A stretch of 64,000 nt of DNA from Dictyostelium discoideum (lineage: Eukaryota), in contig CM000151.3 in assembly GCA_000004695.1 (NCBI GenBank), positions 4,928,001 to 4,992,000 on the forward strand, read 5' to 3'. Below, one piece after another: positions 11,763-25,770 of the stretch. Numbering within the stretch: position 1 is the first letter of the stretch; the number at the start of each line of letters is the position of its first letter. The position numbers were made by a program, and so were the translations under genes. The notes beneath the pieces were generated by a model. That model worked only from the letters and a program-made list of their open reading frames with translations, searched no databases and was not told where the DNA came from.

Positions 11763-11913
11763 ATTATAATTATAATATCATAAATGGAAATTGATATTAT
11801 TTTTAAAAATCCATAATAAAATTAAAAAACATTCAAAATTGGTTTTTTTGAAATTTAAAAATAGGAAAAAAAAAATAAAAAAAATTAAAAAAAAAAAAAG
11901 TTTTAAATTTTTT

Positions 11914-11962
<49 letters not shown>

Positions 11963-11978
11963 CAATTGGAAAAAGATA

Positions 11979-12010
<32 letters not shown>

Positions 12011-12203
12011 ATTTTTTTATTTTTTAACGAAATAATTTATATGCGCGAAATTCGTTGATTAAAAAGAAATTATATTTAAAAATATTAAAAAAAAAAAAAA
12101 GAGTATTAATAATAGCACGCACATTCATTATTATTTATAAATTATAGTTCTTTTTTTTTTTTTAAAAAAAATATATAAAAAATAAAAATATAAAAATAAA
12201 AAA

Positions 12204-13715
12204 ATGGTATACATAACACCAAAGGGTAAAATAAATTTACCCAATTATAAAGGTGGTACAACCATTGATAAATCTATAATGTATCAATATGTAATCAGTC
12301 CTTCTTGTAATATTATAGTTGAATATTTTCCAAAAAATTTAGCGTAAAGTTTTTTTTATATTCTATTAAAAGAAAAATAAAAATAAAAATAAAAATACTA
12401 ATTCTCTTTTTAAAAAAAAATTAAAATAAAAATAAAAATAAAAATAAAAACCACACACACACTCTAAAAATAAAAATTTATAGACCAAATTTAGTATGTA
12501 TTAATTGATTTACCTTTATAATAAATAAATAAATAAACTAATATATATATATATATATATATTTTTTTTTTTTTTAAAAAATTTAGATTACAGCAATTGG
12601 ATTATTTTGTAATTTTTTAGGATTGTTTTCAGTATTTTATTTTATTGGATTTAATGAGAGTATTGGAGGTAATAAACCAACATTAGAGGATGATAGTTCA
12701 GTTAGATGGGTTTATTTATTTGCAGGAATGATGATATTCATTTATATGATGATGGACAATATCGATGGTAAACAAGCAAGAAGAACAAAAACATCATCCC
12801 CATTGGGTGAATTATTCGACCACGGATGCGACTCGTTATGCACTGGACTGCTTCCATTGATAGTCGGTATTTCGATGGGTATTCGTAGCTGGGAGATCCT
12901 AATTGCATTTATGGCAGCCACAATACCATTCTACTTAGCCCACTGGGAGGAATACTTCACCCACCATCTTGTATTGGGCGCATTGAATGGCCCAACCGAG
13001 GCAGAGTGTATGGCAATATTGTTCTGTTTCCTCACTGGTATATTTGGTCAATGGATTTGGTTCATAAAGATTGATTTCAGTGTACTCACATTCAACCATA
13101 TCCAATACACAGGTCAATTGAATGAAATGATCTTTTTCGCTATGGCAATAATCTCATTCGTTACAGCATTTCAAAATATTTTAACATCAACTAAAAAAGC
13201 AATAGATATGAAAATTAGTTTATTCACTGCTTATTCACAACCAATTCCATTCATTATCTTTTTTTGCTCTGAATTTATTTGGTTAAAATTATCACCTTCT
13301 TTATTTTTAACTTATCCAATAATTCATATATTAAGTTTAACTTTTATTTTCTCATATGTAGTTGTAAGTTCAAAAATTATTTACTTTTTTTAAATTTACT
13401 ATACAAATATTAACATAATTTTTAAATATATATATATAGTGTCGTTGTATTGTTCAAAGAATTTGTCAAGAAGATTTTAGATTATTTTATAAACCATTAA
13501 TATTTTTAATTGGTTGTGTTTTAAATACAGCAGCTAAAGTTTATTTGAATATTGAAATTTTGGATGAACAAATTTCAGTATTATTATTATTTGCTATTAG
13601 TTTAGGTTTCATGTTCCATTTTACATATAGTATCATTCAAGAAATGTGTTTAGTTTTAAAAATTAATGCATTTACAATTCCATCATCATCACCACCAATT
13701 AAAAAATTAAATTAA
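12204..13715 (+). CDS. Choline/ethanolamine phosphotransferase (CDP-alcohol phosphatidyltransferase family), ~400 aa. join(12204..12343,12484..12493,12587..13363,13440..13715). The second exon is a 10-nt micro-exon.
   Basis: The CDP-alcohol phosphotransferase motif [26 protein letters not shown] is in exon 3. The N-terminus ...[11 protein letters not shown]|ITAIGLF... is only reconstituted when the micro-exon ACCAAATTTA (acceptor tatag, donor GTATGT) is included. The C-terminal exon ([13 protein letters not shown]...) resembles the CEPT/CPT tail (MCRIIVAH...). Confidence 0.8.
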
Positions 13716-13789
13716 TTTTTAAAAAAATAAAAAATAAAGATTTAAAATATTTAATTAAAATATTATTTTTGTGTGTGTTTGTGTGTGTT

Positions 13790-15798
13790 TTAATTTTTAT
13801 TTATTTTTAAATGATTTGTTATTAAATTAATTGAATTTTCAATTTTTGATAATCTATTGGAATGATTTGTTAATATATTTTCAATTGAATTTAATTTATT
13901 TAAAATTAAATTTTGAATATTTAATAATGATGTTGATGTTGATGGTGATAATTCTAAATTTGAAGAATTTTCATTTTCATTATTTTTTAAATTTGATTTA
14001 ATTGGTTCAATAGATTCAGTTGATATAAATAATGAAATTTTCCAATTTGAAGTTGATCTAAATGATAATCCAATACCTTTTTCATTTAATTTTTCACCAC
14101 CTATTATATATAATTTATTATCTGATAAAATTGATAACCCTTTTGATTTATATTTTGAAAATTCATTATCATTATTATTATCAATTGATAGTAGTTTATT
14201 ATTATTATTTTCAATTATTATTGAATTTTCATTTTCATTTCCATTTTTTAAAATTTTAAATAATTGAATATATTTTGAAAATGTTGATGTAATACCAATT
14301 AAATCATTTTCATAATTTAATGTTAATATATTAGGTGTCAATATATTAATATTTAATTTTATTTTATCTAAATTTTTAATTTCAATTTTATTTTTATTTT
14401 CATCACTGTTAATATAAATTTTAAATAATAATAAATATGATCCTTTTTCTTTTATTGATTTTTTATTTATTGTTTCAATTGGTTCATTTGATGATGATGA
14501 TGATGATGATGATTCACTTTCAATACTTATTAAAGGTTTTGAAATTAATGTATTGGTTTTATTATTAATAGTTGATTGGTTAACCATAAATAATGATTCA
14601 ATTATAGAATTATTATTATTATTATTATTTGATTTAATAAATTGAACTTCTTTTTCTTCTTCTTCTTCTTCAACTTCCTCAATGGTATTTTCTTCAAATA
14701 ATTTTATTGATGGTTTTGAAATTGATGGTAATTTTAATATAGGTTCCATATATGTTGTTGCAGTTGTAGTTGTTTGAATTGAAGGATATGAAGTTATTAT
14801 AAAGTTTTCATTATCAATCCATTCTACTCTTAAAAAATCATTATTTATATCATCTATTTCTTCTTCTTCTTCTTCTCCTTCTTCTTTTTCATATATAAAT
14901 AATAAATTATTAAAATTAATTTCATTAAATGAATTCCATTTTAATAAAAATATTTTTTTATTTGTTATCCTTTAAATTGGTTTAAAAAAATATAAAATTA
15001 ATTTTAATATACAAATAAATAATAAAAATTAAAATTAATAATAATAATAAAAATAATAATAATAATGAAACTTACAATAGTAAAATTAAACCATTATTTG
15101 ACCATTTTAAATCAATTATTGGTGATGATGTTATTGAAAAAAATTGATTTTTTAATAAAGTTTCAATTGATGACATTTCATATTTTATATTATTATTATT
15201 TTCATCATTAATATTTTTAAAAATATAAATTTTATCATTTGTAATTAATGTGATTGTATTATTACATATATTATAATCATCAATTGTTTTATTTGTGAAT
15301 GAATAATTATTATTTTCATTTTCGTCAATTAATAAATTTTTTAATAATATCCATTCATTTGATTCTTTAATAAATTTAAATAAAAAAAATCTATTATTAT
15401 TAAATGCATAAATTAAATTACTATTTTTAATAATTTTAAAATTTATTATCCTTTTTTTTTTTTTAAAAGATTTAAGAAATTAAAAAAATTAATATTAATT
15501 ATTTAAAAAATTGGAAAAATAAAAAAAAAACACAATACTTGTATTCAAAAATAATTGATTTAATTTTCAATGGTGGTGAATCAAAAATTTGTAAAAAATT
15601 TAAACAGTAATAATCATTTTCTCCTTGGTGTTTTATTGGCCACACTAAATATGGATTAATCCTTTGTTTATCACTTGGATGATAAAAAGTGTTAAATGAA
15701 TTAGTTTTATTATTTATACTACCGCCACCACCACCACTTCCACTATTATTTAAAAGTGTACATTCATTATCTATAACATTTTTAATTTTAATTTTCAT
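13790..15798 (-). CDS. Hypothetical multi-exon gene with at least 3 introns. Exon 1 is about 15539..15798 (MKIKIKNVIDNECTLLNNSGSGGGGGS...EYK). The large 3' exon is about 13790..14970 and contains a LYIIGG Kelch-like motif, an E-rich stretch and an N-rich stretch.
   Basis: ORF track (13790..14749 and 15499..15798). The open frame continues upstream of the ORF's M to an acceptor near 14970. GTATTG and GTAAGT donors were found at 15538 and ~15090. Exact splice phases are not fully resolved. Confidence 0.4.
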
Positions 15799-15987
15799 CA
15801 GTATTTTGATTGTTTTTTAAGTGAAAAGAAAAAAAAAAAAAAATGTAGATAACACAGTTTGGAACAGTCCGAAAAAAAAAAAAAAAAAGTTATTTTTATT
15901 TTTTTTTTTTTTATTTTTCACTAAAGGTCTTTTTTTGTTTTTATTTTGAAATAATTGTTTTTACTTCGATTTCAAAGCTTTTTTTTT

Positions 15988-16021
<34 letters not shown>

Positions 16022-16597
16022 ACTGCGGAATGAAAATAAAAAAAAAATTAAAAAAAATTAATAAAAAATAAAAAACAATAAAAAAGGATTTTCATAACGG
16101 TTGAAATCAATCAGTTGGTAAAAAAAAAAAAAAAAAAAAAAAATTTAAAAAAAAAAAAAAAAAATCTTGCAGCTGTATTTTTTTTTTTTTATTTTTTTAT
16201 TTATTTTTTTTTTTTTTTAAGCTGTTGTAAATAATAAAATTGTAATATTAAAATAATAAAATAAAAAAACAAACACTTCCTTTAAAGGTAAAATAAAAAT
16301 TATCAAACAACATTTATTTTCCATTTTATTTTTTTTATTTTATTTTTTATTTTTTATTTTTTATTTTTTATTTTTATTCCAATGAAACAATAATATGATC
16401 ATAATTTAGATTCAATAAGATTTTATCTTCAAGAGTTTTCTATTATATATAAATCGGACATTACCATTAAAAAAAAAAAAAAAAAAAAACAAAAAAAACA
16501 AAAAAAAAATTTTTAATACTTAGGGCGAGATAAATAATTACTGCAAATCACCCCTTTTTTTTTTTTTTTTCCTTTTTTTATTTTTATTTTTATTTTT

Positions 16598-16634
<37 letters not shown>

Positions 16635-16781
16635 CAAAATTATTATTATTATTATTATTTTTTTTATTTTTTTTATTTATTTATTAAATTTTTAATTGGT
16701 ATCTTTTTTTAACATCACACATATATTTTAATATATACATCCACCTCTCTCACTAATATTGTAACGATTTTTTTTTTTAAC

Positions 16782-16858
16782 AAAATAAAATAAAATAAAA
16801 TAAAATAAAATAAAATAAAATAAAATAAAATAAAATAAAATAAAATAAAATAAAAATA
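16782..16858. repeat. (TAAAA)n pentanucleotide microsatellite, about 14 units.
   Basis: Direct reading. Confidence 0.9.
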
Positions 16859-17317
16859 AAAAAAAAAAAAAAATAAAAAAAAAAAAAAAAATAAAATAAA
16901 ATTAAAATTTAAAAAAAAAAAAAAAACCACACACAAAACCCATTCTTATATTAACCTTAATTTTAATTAATCTATTTTAGGATATTATTTAGGTTATAAA
17001 CTTTCAAGTTTTATAATAAAAATAAAGAAAAAAAGAAAGAAATAATATTTATTATAATAGTAAAGGATTTTTAAAATTTTTTTTTTTTTTTTTTTTTTAA
17101 AATTTTTTATTTTTTTTATTATTATTTTTTCCAACAATTAACAACACACCACACCAAAAATAATTTTTTTTTTTTTAAAACCCAAAAAAAAAAAAAACCC
17201 AAAAAAAAACAAATAATAATAATATTGTGTAAATAATAATAATAATAATAAAATTTAAATATTGTATATTAATAATAGTCAGTTATAATAACTATAATAT
17301 AAAAATAACAGTTTTAA

Positions 17318-20300
17318 ATGATGGAGTTGTCAACTGAAGACAATTCACAAACCAATAATAATAATAATAATAATAGTAATAATAGTAATACAAATAGTGA
17401 ACAAATTAAAGAACCAAATTGTAATAGTAATAATAGTAATAATAATAATAGTAATAATTTAAATAATTCAATAATATCGGACTTATCAACACCAGGAAAT
17501 AATATAATACAAGTTAAAATGGATGAAGAAAGTCAATCATCACAATCGATATCAGAATCATCAACGCCTACAATCATAGGAAATCAAAAGGATGAAGTAG
17601 TAACATCATCAAATAATTCATCACCATTAACTCAATCACAACAAACCAATACATTATCAGAATCAACTGAATTAAAAGTATCATCGCAAACAGCAACTAA
17701 AGAAACATCAGACTCTTCACCACCAACAGGTGAGGGTTCATCATTAACACCTCAAAATTCTGTTTCACCATTAACAGGATCAAGAGATATCGATTCACAA
17801 CATGATGGTGGTGGTAGTATTCATTCATCATCACCACCACCACCACTATCAACAACATCAAGTGAACCAAGTGAATCATCTTTACCACAAACTTTAACTT
17901 CATCAATTCCATCAATTCCAATACCAAATAATACTTCAACAACAACAACAACCACTACCACTACTACTACTAATACAACTACAACACCATTATCATCATC
18001 AACAACAATAACAAAACCACCATCATTATCATCAAGTGTTGAAAAACAATATCCACCACCAATTACAGGTAATCCAAGATTAAATTTATTAAATAATGGT
18101 GGTAGTGGTAATAGATCAACCAATGGATTGGACGTACATAAATATAGAACATTTATAGGATCTAAATTACAATCAACCAATGTAAAAGATGATCCTTTAG
18201 CAGAGGAAATGATCTATTTACCAAAGGATGATCTATCATTTTCAAAAGTTGAAGCATATCATCGTATCATTTCAACAGCTATGAGTTTACCACCTGGTAT
18301 ACCACCCGAATATTTCAATCCTTTTGAATTTAATCAACATGTTAAAACTTCAATCGATACCTTTAATGCACCACGTAAAACTATAACTAGAAATTATGAA
18401 AAATTTAAAAAGGATCAAGATCGTTTAATAATTATAAATAATTCACCATCAATATCACAACAACAACAACTTCAAAATGGTTTAATATCAGCAAATACTA
18501 GTTTTTATATAGGTAGTACAAGTGCTACTAGTATCAATGGTGGTAATAGTAATAATAATAGTTTTTTAGATTATTTTAATAATAGTAAAGAAAATAGTAG
18601 TGGTTTGAGTAATACAAATTTAAATTCAAATAGTATTTTAAATGATAAATATGAATGTGATATAGTTTATGAAAAGGAGTTATTAAATTCAAAATTAGCG
18701 ACAGTACAATCATCAACTGGTAGAAACAGTGGTGGAGTTATAGATGAGAAAGATTTACCACCAAGTTGGGCAGAGTCATCAGATGAATTACATTTTGAAT
18801 ATCAACAACCCATTACATCCGATATAGAGTTGGAGAATCAGGAACAAAGAAAACGTCAACGTCATCATGGTTTCTTTAAATATTATAAACCAGACTATAA
18901 TTGGGGATCAGGTACAGAGGTATCACTTTGTAATAGAACCATAGTTGATCCATGGAAAAAATCAAATTCAATCAGTGTATTATTGGAATTCAAAGGTTTA
19001 GTATTTCTATTGGGTGAACATGAACCATTCTATTGTCAAATGTTTTTATATGATTCTGTTAATAAATGTAGATTAAGTGAATCATTTCATTTTGATTTCA
19101 ATCCTGAAAGATTGAAATTATTAGTTGATAATGGTAATATTAAATCAAATTCAATTACAAATGATAAAAATAATAGCAATCCAGAATCTGATTCATCATC
19201 ATCCACATCTTCATCATCATCAGTGGCAGCAGCAAATACAAATCCTTCAACACCAGATTATTTAACACAATGTAGACATGTTTTAGTATCATTACCAGTG
19301 AAACAACAAAAGGATATTTGGATAGTTGTTAAAATTAATAAAGTTATGCAAGGTGATCCAGATGTAATCAAAGAACCTTATACCAAATTGGATGAGAAAG
19401 AAATTGGTAAATCTAAAGTAAAAGTTTCAACAACCATTCAAGATATTGGTAAAAGATTGGGTAGATTTCATCAACCATTCTCAATTACTACTTTACCATT
19501 AACAAATGAAGGTGGTTTTGTTAAACCTGGTACTGTGGAATGTGATCTCTATAAACAAGTTCCAAAGGATTTATCTGATCTTCAAGATTTAATCACTGAT
19601 ATTAAAGATCCTTCAAAGAAAAAGAAATTAAAAACTTTATTAGGTGCTTTCACTTGTGTAGTTCATAAAACTGAAGGTGAATTACCACCATATGGTCAAC
19701 GTTTAGATCCATCTTATAATTTTATTAAATCTTCTGAACCTTATAATAATGCAAATCAAATTGATTCTAATAAATCATATAATAATAATAATCAAAATAA
19801 TCAAAATAATAATAATAATAGTAATAGTACAAATACTTCATCAGATAATGTACCACAACAATCACCAGCAATTTTAATTACACCAGATTGTACACCACCA
19901 TTTAAATCAATTAATCCACAAGTTGCATTATCAATGTCATCATTAAATTCACTTACAACAACAACAACAACACCACCAACAAATAATAATAATACTACAA
20001 CAACAACAAATACAACAACAAATACAACAAATGAAAATAATCAACAACCAGATTTATCACCAACATTATCACCAAGAAGACAATTACAACATTCATCATC
20101 ATATTCAAATAGTATTAAACGTGTTAATACATTAGCAGCACTTAATCCAGTTATACCAGCAATTAGAGAGATTCAATGTTTTTCAAAGTATCCAGAATTA
20201 ATACCACATTATCAACAATTTAATAATCTTTATATTTATCCAGAAACTGTTTGTTTAAATAAAGCTCATGGTAGAAATATATCAATAAAGATTGAAATAC

Positions 20301-21090
20301 GAGAAGATGATTCAGTAGTTGGTGGTCAAGCATTGAAATTAATTTATGGTAAATCATCATGTCAAAGATTCCAATCGGTATTTCATACAGAAACTCATTA
20401 TCATAATAAGAATCCAATATTCTTTGATGAGATTAAAGCTAAGTTACCACCTATTTTACCATCGAAATTACATATACTATTCACATTTTATCATATAGTT
20501 TGTAAAGTTGGTAAAAGAGATGAAGTATCAGAGAATATCATTGGTTTCTCTGCATTGCCTCTATATAGAGAGAAGAAATTCGTTGATAATGGTCCACACT
20601 CATTACCATTGGCAATTGGTCCACCTAAAAGTGGTTATCTTGGTAGAATGACTGAAGGAGATTATGTACTCTTGGAGAATGGTAAAAGTTTATTCAAATT
20701 TGATCTAAAATTAAATTCAAGTCTTTTCCCTCAAAACACTCATTTAAACAAATTTTTATTACAATCAAAAGATGAAAAAGAATTAACCAATTGCTTAAAT
20801 CATTTCCATTTATTCGATCCATTAGAATCAATTAAATTCTTCCCTGTAATTATGAATCATTTACTTTATGTACTTTGTAATAGAGAGAGTACTGTTGGTT
20901 CAACTGCAATTAAAGCTTTATTGGTTTTACTCTCAAAAATTCAATCATACCTTGAAGATTCAAATATTCGTGTACCATTATTATCATCTTATATAACTCA
21001 TATTTTTGATAATCCACCTGATACAAAAATACCTGTTCATACTGCATTATGTACAAGATTAGTTTTATTTTTAATGAGAAAAAGAGTAAG

Positions 21091-21121
<31 letters not shown>

Positions 21122-24100
21122 TTATAATATTTATTAATATTATTATTATTATTATTATTATTATTTATTTTATTTAGTCAAATGATTTTAGTGATATTTC
21201 AAATTCATCAATATTTTCATTTTCATGGTTTATATTTGATTTAATAATTAAATCAATTGGATTATATAAATTAGATGGTAAAGTACCAATAAAGGATGGA
21301 GCAACATCACCAAGTTTACCATTTTTCGAAATTCATGATCCAGAATTTATAAAGTTTATACCAAAATTAGTATCATTTGGACTATCACATATTTTAAATT
21401 CAATTACAACAAATCAAGATTGTAGATTGGCATCTGATGCAAATAATAATTTAGCATTATTTATTAGGGATTTATTTGGTGTTTTCGATAGAGGTGTTGT
21501 TATAGATTTATTATTCACTTTTATAAATGATATTAATCAAGGTATTGGAAAGGATCCACAAAATGCAACAACTTTTCTTTATTATAAATTCGATTTTCTA
21601 AAGATCATTTGTGATTATGAACATTATATAAATCTAAATATACCAACACTCTATTCAATTAGTAGTATTCAAAATTTGTCAACTAAAATCAATGATACTC
21701 ATCCAATTTCGGGTATTTTGATTCGTGAGGTTTTGGAAATCATTTTCCATGGTTATCATTCAATTGAAGTTAGGAATGTGGCTTTTACAACATTGAGTAC
21801 CATTCTAACAAAACATGACTATGATCAACGTTATCAAACACTTGCAAAGAAAGAAAGAATTGCTTCAATTTATTTCCCTTTAATTTTAGAATTAATTGAT
21901 CATCAAGATAAATTCAATCATTGGTTTAGTATTGCAGATATCACTGAAAAACGTTTACTCATTTCCTCTCTATTATTTGTATTAAAGAATTTATCAAAAC
22001 CATTATTAAAACAATGGTTTCATAAAGAAGTACCACAAAGATTAAATATTTTATTCGAATTATTAGGTCAATTTGCAAATGCTTTTGAATATCAACAAAT
22101 TAAAAATCAACAACAAAATCAACAACAACAGCAACAACAAAATGGTGCTATTGGTGGTAGTGGTAGTGGTGGTAGTGGTGGTAATAGTATTAATCATTCT
22201 CAAGGTGATAGTGGTAATTATCCTTCACAATCAATTGAATCTGGTACAGGTATTCAAAATCAAAATAATAATAGTACTAGTAGTATTGGTACAATTTCCT
22301 CATCTGGTAGTTTTATACCAACTCCACCACCTCCAATGTCAATGATGGCACATAGTGGTAAGTTATCAAAAGATGTTTTCATGAAAAAGAATCAATCTTC
22401 ACCATTAAAAGATTCTTCTTCAAATTTATTAAATAGATCAGGTTCAAATTCTTCATTATCAATTAATACAAGTGGTGGTGGTAGTACTAATCAACAACAA
22501 CAACAAATTTCACCATCTGCTTCACAAGAAGTTATACCACCATCACCACCATCTACACCACCTGTTCCATCTACAAATTTACAACAACAGCAACAGCAAC
22601 AACAACAACAACAACAATCAAATATTACAACATCAACAGATTCAAATAATGGTGATGGTATTAATTTAATTCAAGCATTTGCACATGCAACAATTAAAGA
22701 AGCTACAAGTATTAATAGTAGTAGTTCAAGCCTTTCAATACCAAATGATCCAGCAGCAGCAGCAGGAGCAGTAATTGGTAATCGTAATAGAACATCAGTT
22801 AATGGTAGTACAAGTATGGGAACAAGTGCAGCAATTTCAGCAGCAGTTGTAGCAGCAGCAGCAGCATCAGGACCAAATAGAAATCGTCAAATTGGCACAA
22901 ATGAAGCTGTATTAGCATCTGAAGCAAATTTAATTATATTAGATTTCATAGAGGATTTAATTAAATATCAATATACATTACTTAAAGAGAATGATTCACC
23001 ATTATTTGAAAAGTTATTCCAATTATTTATAATTCTATTAAAGAAACGTCAATCACATCGTGTAACAAGTTGTTTATTTGCATCATTACGTTCATTCGTA
23101 TTCAAATTTAGAAATCATTTCTTTAAAGATCAACAAAACAATTATTGTAATCAATTATGTTGTGAAGTATTACGTTATTGTAATTTCCCATCAAAAGAGA
23201 TTAGAGCTGTTGCAACCGGTTTCTTATATTCAATGATTAAACATAATAATCAAGTGGTTGGTAATTTTGGTAGAATGAAAATTCAAGCCACAATTGCATT
23301 GAGTAATCTAGCCAATAGTGGTGTATTTAAAAATGATTTCAAAAATTTAGAAAGATCATTTTCAACCATTTCAAAATATTCAATTGAGGAGCGTATGTTG
23401 GAATCGTCCAATAATACAATCATTGGTTTGAATCTATTGGCAACCCTATCAAAGGATGAAATTCAAGAGGTGAAAAATAAATTTAGTATTCAAATTCAAA
23501 AGATGTCAAATAAACTTTCAAAGATTATTCGTGATACAGTTAGAGCAAACCTTTTGAAAGCAAATTCCGATCCTGAAACCATTCATGAACTTTATAGTGA
23601 GATTGCATCTGGTTATTCCGATACACCAATCATTAGAATCGATTGGTTGAATATTTTAGCAAATAAACATATCGAAGAGGAGAATTTCTTTGAGGCAGCA
23701 GTTTGTAAACTTAGAATAGCTCTATTGATCATTGAGTATTTAGAACAAAATAAATTAATACCATGTAAATTGGATTTAACATTGATCGATCAAATTTGTC
23801 CAGGAATTTCTGAACATGTAATTCAAGAGGATGATGGTGTTTTCACATCACCAATTTTCTCATTACATGGTTTAACCACAACGATTCTATTGGCAACTAA
23901 TCAATTCCGTATGGGTGATTATTTCGAATATTCAATTCTACTTTATAAATTCCTAATGCCACTCTATGAAAAGAATAGAGATTTCGCAAATCTTTCCGAT
24001 TGTCATAAACAAATCACCGATCTATACAAAGAGATCATCAAAGCCTATGAAAATAAATCACGTATGTTGGGTCGTTATTATAGAGTTGGTTTCTATGGTG

Positions 24101-25278
24101 AAGGATTTGAAGATTTGGATGGAAAAGAATTCATTTATAAAGAACCAAAACTCACTCATTTATTCGCACTCTCTGAACGTTTGAAAACTTTTTACACAAA
24201 GAAATTCCATCAAGAAGTTGTGGTTTTCCCTGACAGTGGAAAAATTGAACGTTCCAATTTGGATACTGGTAGACTTTATCTCCAAATCACTTCTTTGAAA
24301 CCATATTTTGATCCAAAGGATTTAGAATTATCACCAAGACCTGATTATTTCGAAAAACATACCCTTTTGAAAGATTTTGTTTTCATTACACCTTTTACAC
24401 TCACTGGTCGTACTCAAGGTTCAATCACTGAACAATTTCATCGTAAAACTATACTCACCATTGAAAATACTGCTCCAAATATGTTGAAACGTTATTTGGT
24501 AGCAAGTAAGAAAGAGATTGAAATTAGTCCAATCGAGAATTCAATTGAAACCATTCAAAAGAGAAATCAATTGTTATCCATTGAAATCAATCAAAATCCA
24601 CCATCAATTAAAACTTTACAAGGTGTTTTACAAGGTAGTGTTTTATTGCAAGTCAATGCTGGTGCCTTGGAGATTTGTCGTGGTTTCTTGGCAAATCAAA
24701 TGCGTGTTAATTGGCCCGCTCATCATATTGAAACTTTGGCTCAGGAATGTACAATCTTTTTAAAACATTGTAAACGTGCTTTGGATATCAATAAGAATAA
24801 GATTCAAATGAATCAAATCTCTTTTCATCAAGAATTGGAATTGGGTTATGCTAAACTTTACTTTAAAATGGATCGTTATATTCGTGCTGAAATTAATAAT
24901 GAATCTGATGAAGAAGCTATCGATATGGATCAACAACCTGAAACTGTTCAATCTTCATATGGAGCCGAGGATGAATCTTCTCTAATCACTGATTTATCAT
25001 ATGATGATGATATCTCTATTAAAGAATCTTCACCAAATAATATTTTAGATAATTTATTACCAAATTTAAAAAAGAAATCAATGGATAATTTTTTAACAAT
25101 TAAAGAAGATAAACGTATTAAAAGAGGTTCTGCTGAATTTGATAATAATTCAACAACATTAAATAATAATAATAGTAATAATAATAATAATAATAATTCC
25201 AATAGTAATAATAATTCACCATTTCCAATCCAAACTCCAAGGTCAATGAATGATAAAAAATTTTCAAATAATCATTAA
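17318..25278 (+). CDS. DOCK-family (dedicator of cytokinesis) Rho-GEF, ~2622 aa. join(17318..21085,21178..25278). It has a DHR-1/C2-like region and a DHR-2 catalytic region.
   Basis: DOCK signature blocks are present: FYRVGFYGEGFEDLDGKEFIYKEPKLTHLFALSERL, and TPIIRIDWLNILANKHIEEENFFEAAVCKLRIALLIIEYL (compare DOCK180 ...EAAQC..H.AAL.AEYL). The two long ORFs are joined in frame by a 92-nt intron (donor AGA|GTAAGT, acceptor tttag|TCA). Confidence 0.8.
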
Positions 25279-25640
25279 TTTTATAATATAATAAAAAAAA
25301 ATTTAATGAAAAAAAAAAAAAAAAAAAATCTATTTATAACTCAAAACTATTTATAACTTAAAACAATTAAATAAAATCTTTTTTTTTTTTTTTTTTTTTT
25401 TTCAAATTCAATAAGAAGTAATCCAATTATTTGAAAAATATAAAATATAAAATAACCAAAAAAAATAATTTAATTATTTAATTTTTTTTTTTTTTTTTTT
25501 TAATTTTTAATTAATCCCAAAGAAATCAATTTTTTTTTTTTAATTTTATTTTCATTAAAAAAAAAAAAAAAAAAATCCACAATTCAAAACTTTTTATAAC
25601 TTAGAATATTATTAAATAATATCTTTTTTTCACACAAATA

Positions 25641-25706
25641 ATGAAATCTTTTATTAACTCTATCATTTCAAATTTTAATATAAATCAAAATAATAAAGAT
25701 AATAAA

Positions 25707-25770
<64 letters not shown>

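Noticed and set aside
12935-13117. 60-aa minus-strand ORF
   Set aside because: It is antisense within the choline/ethanolamine phosphotransferase exon 3.
16782-16858. Regularly spaced short repeats resembling an array
   Set aside because: This is a simple (TAAAA)n microsatellite without spacers. It is not a CRISPR array, and the context is eukaryotic.
17697-18180. Minus-strand ORFs inside the DOCK gene
   Set aside because: Antisense reading of poly-T/N-coding repeats. No independent support.
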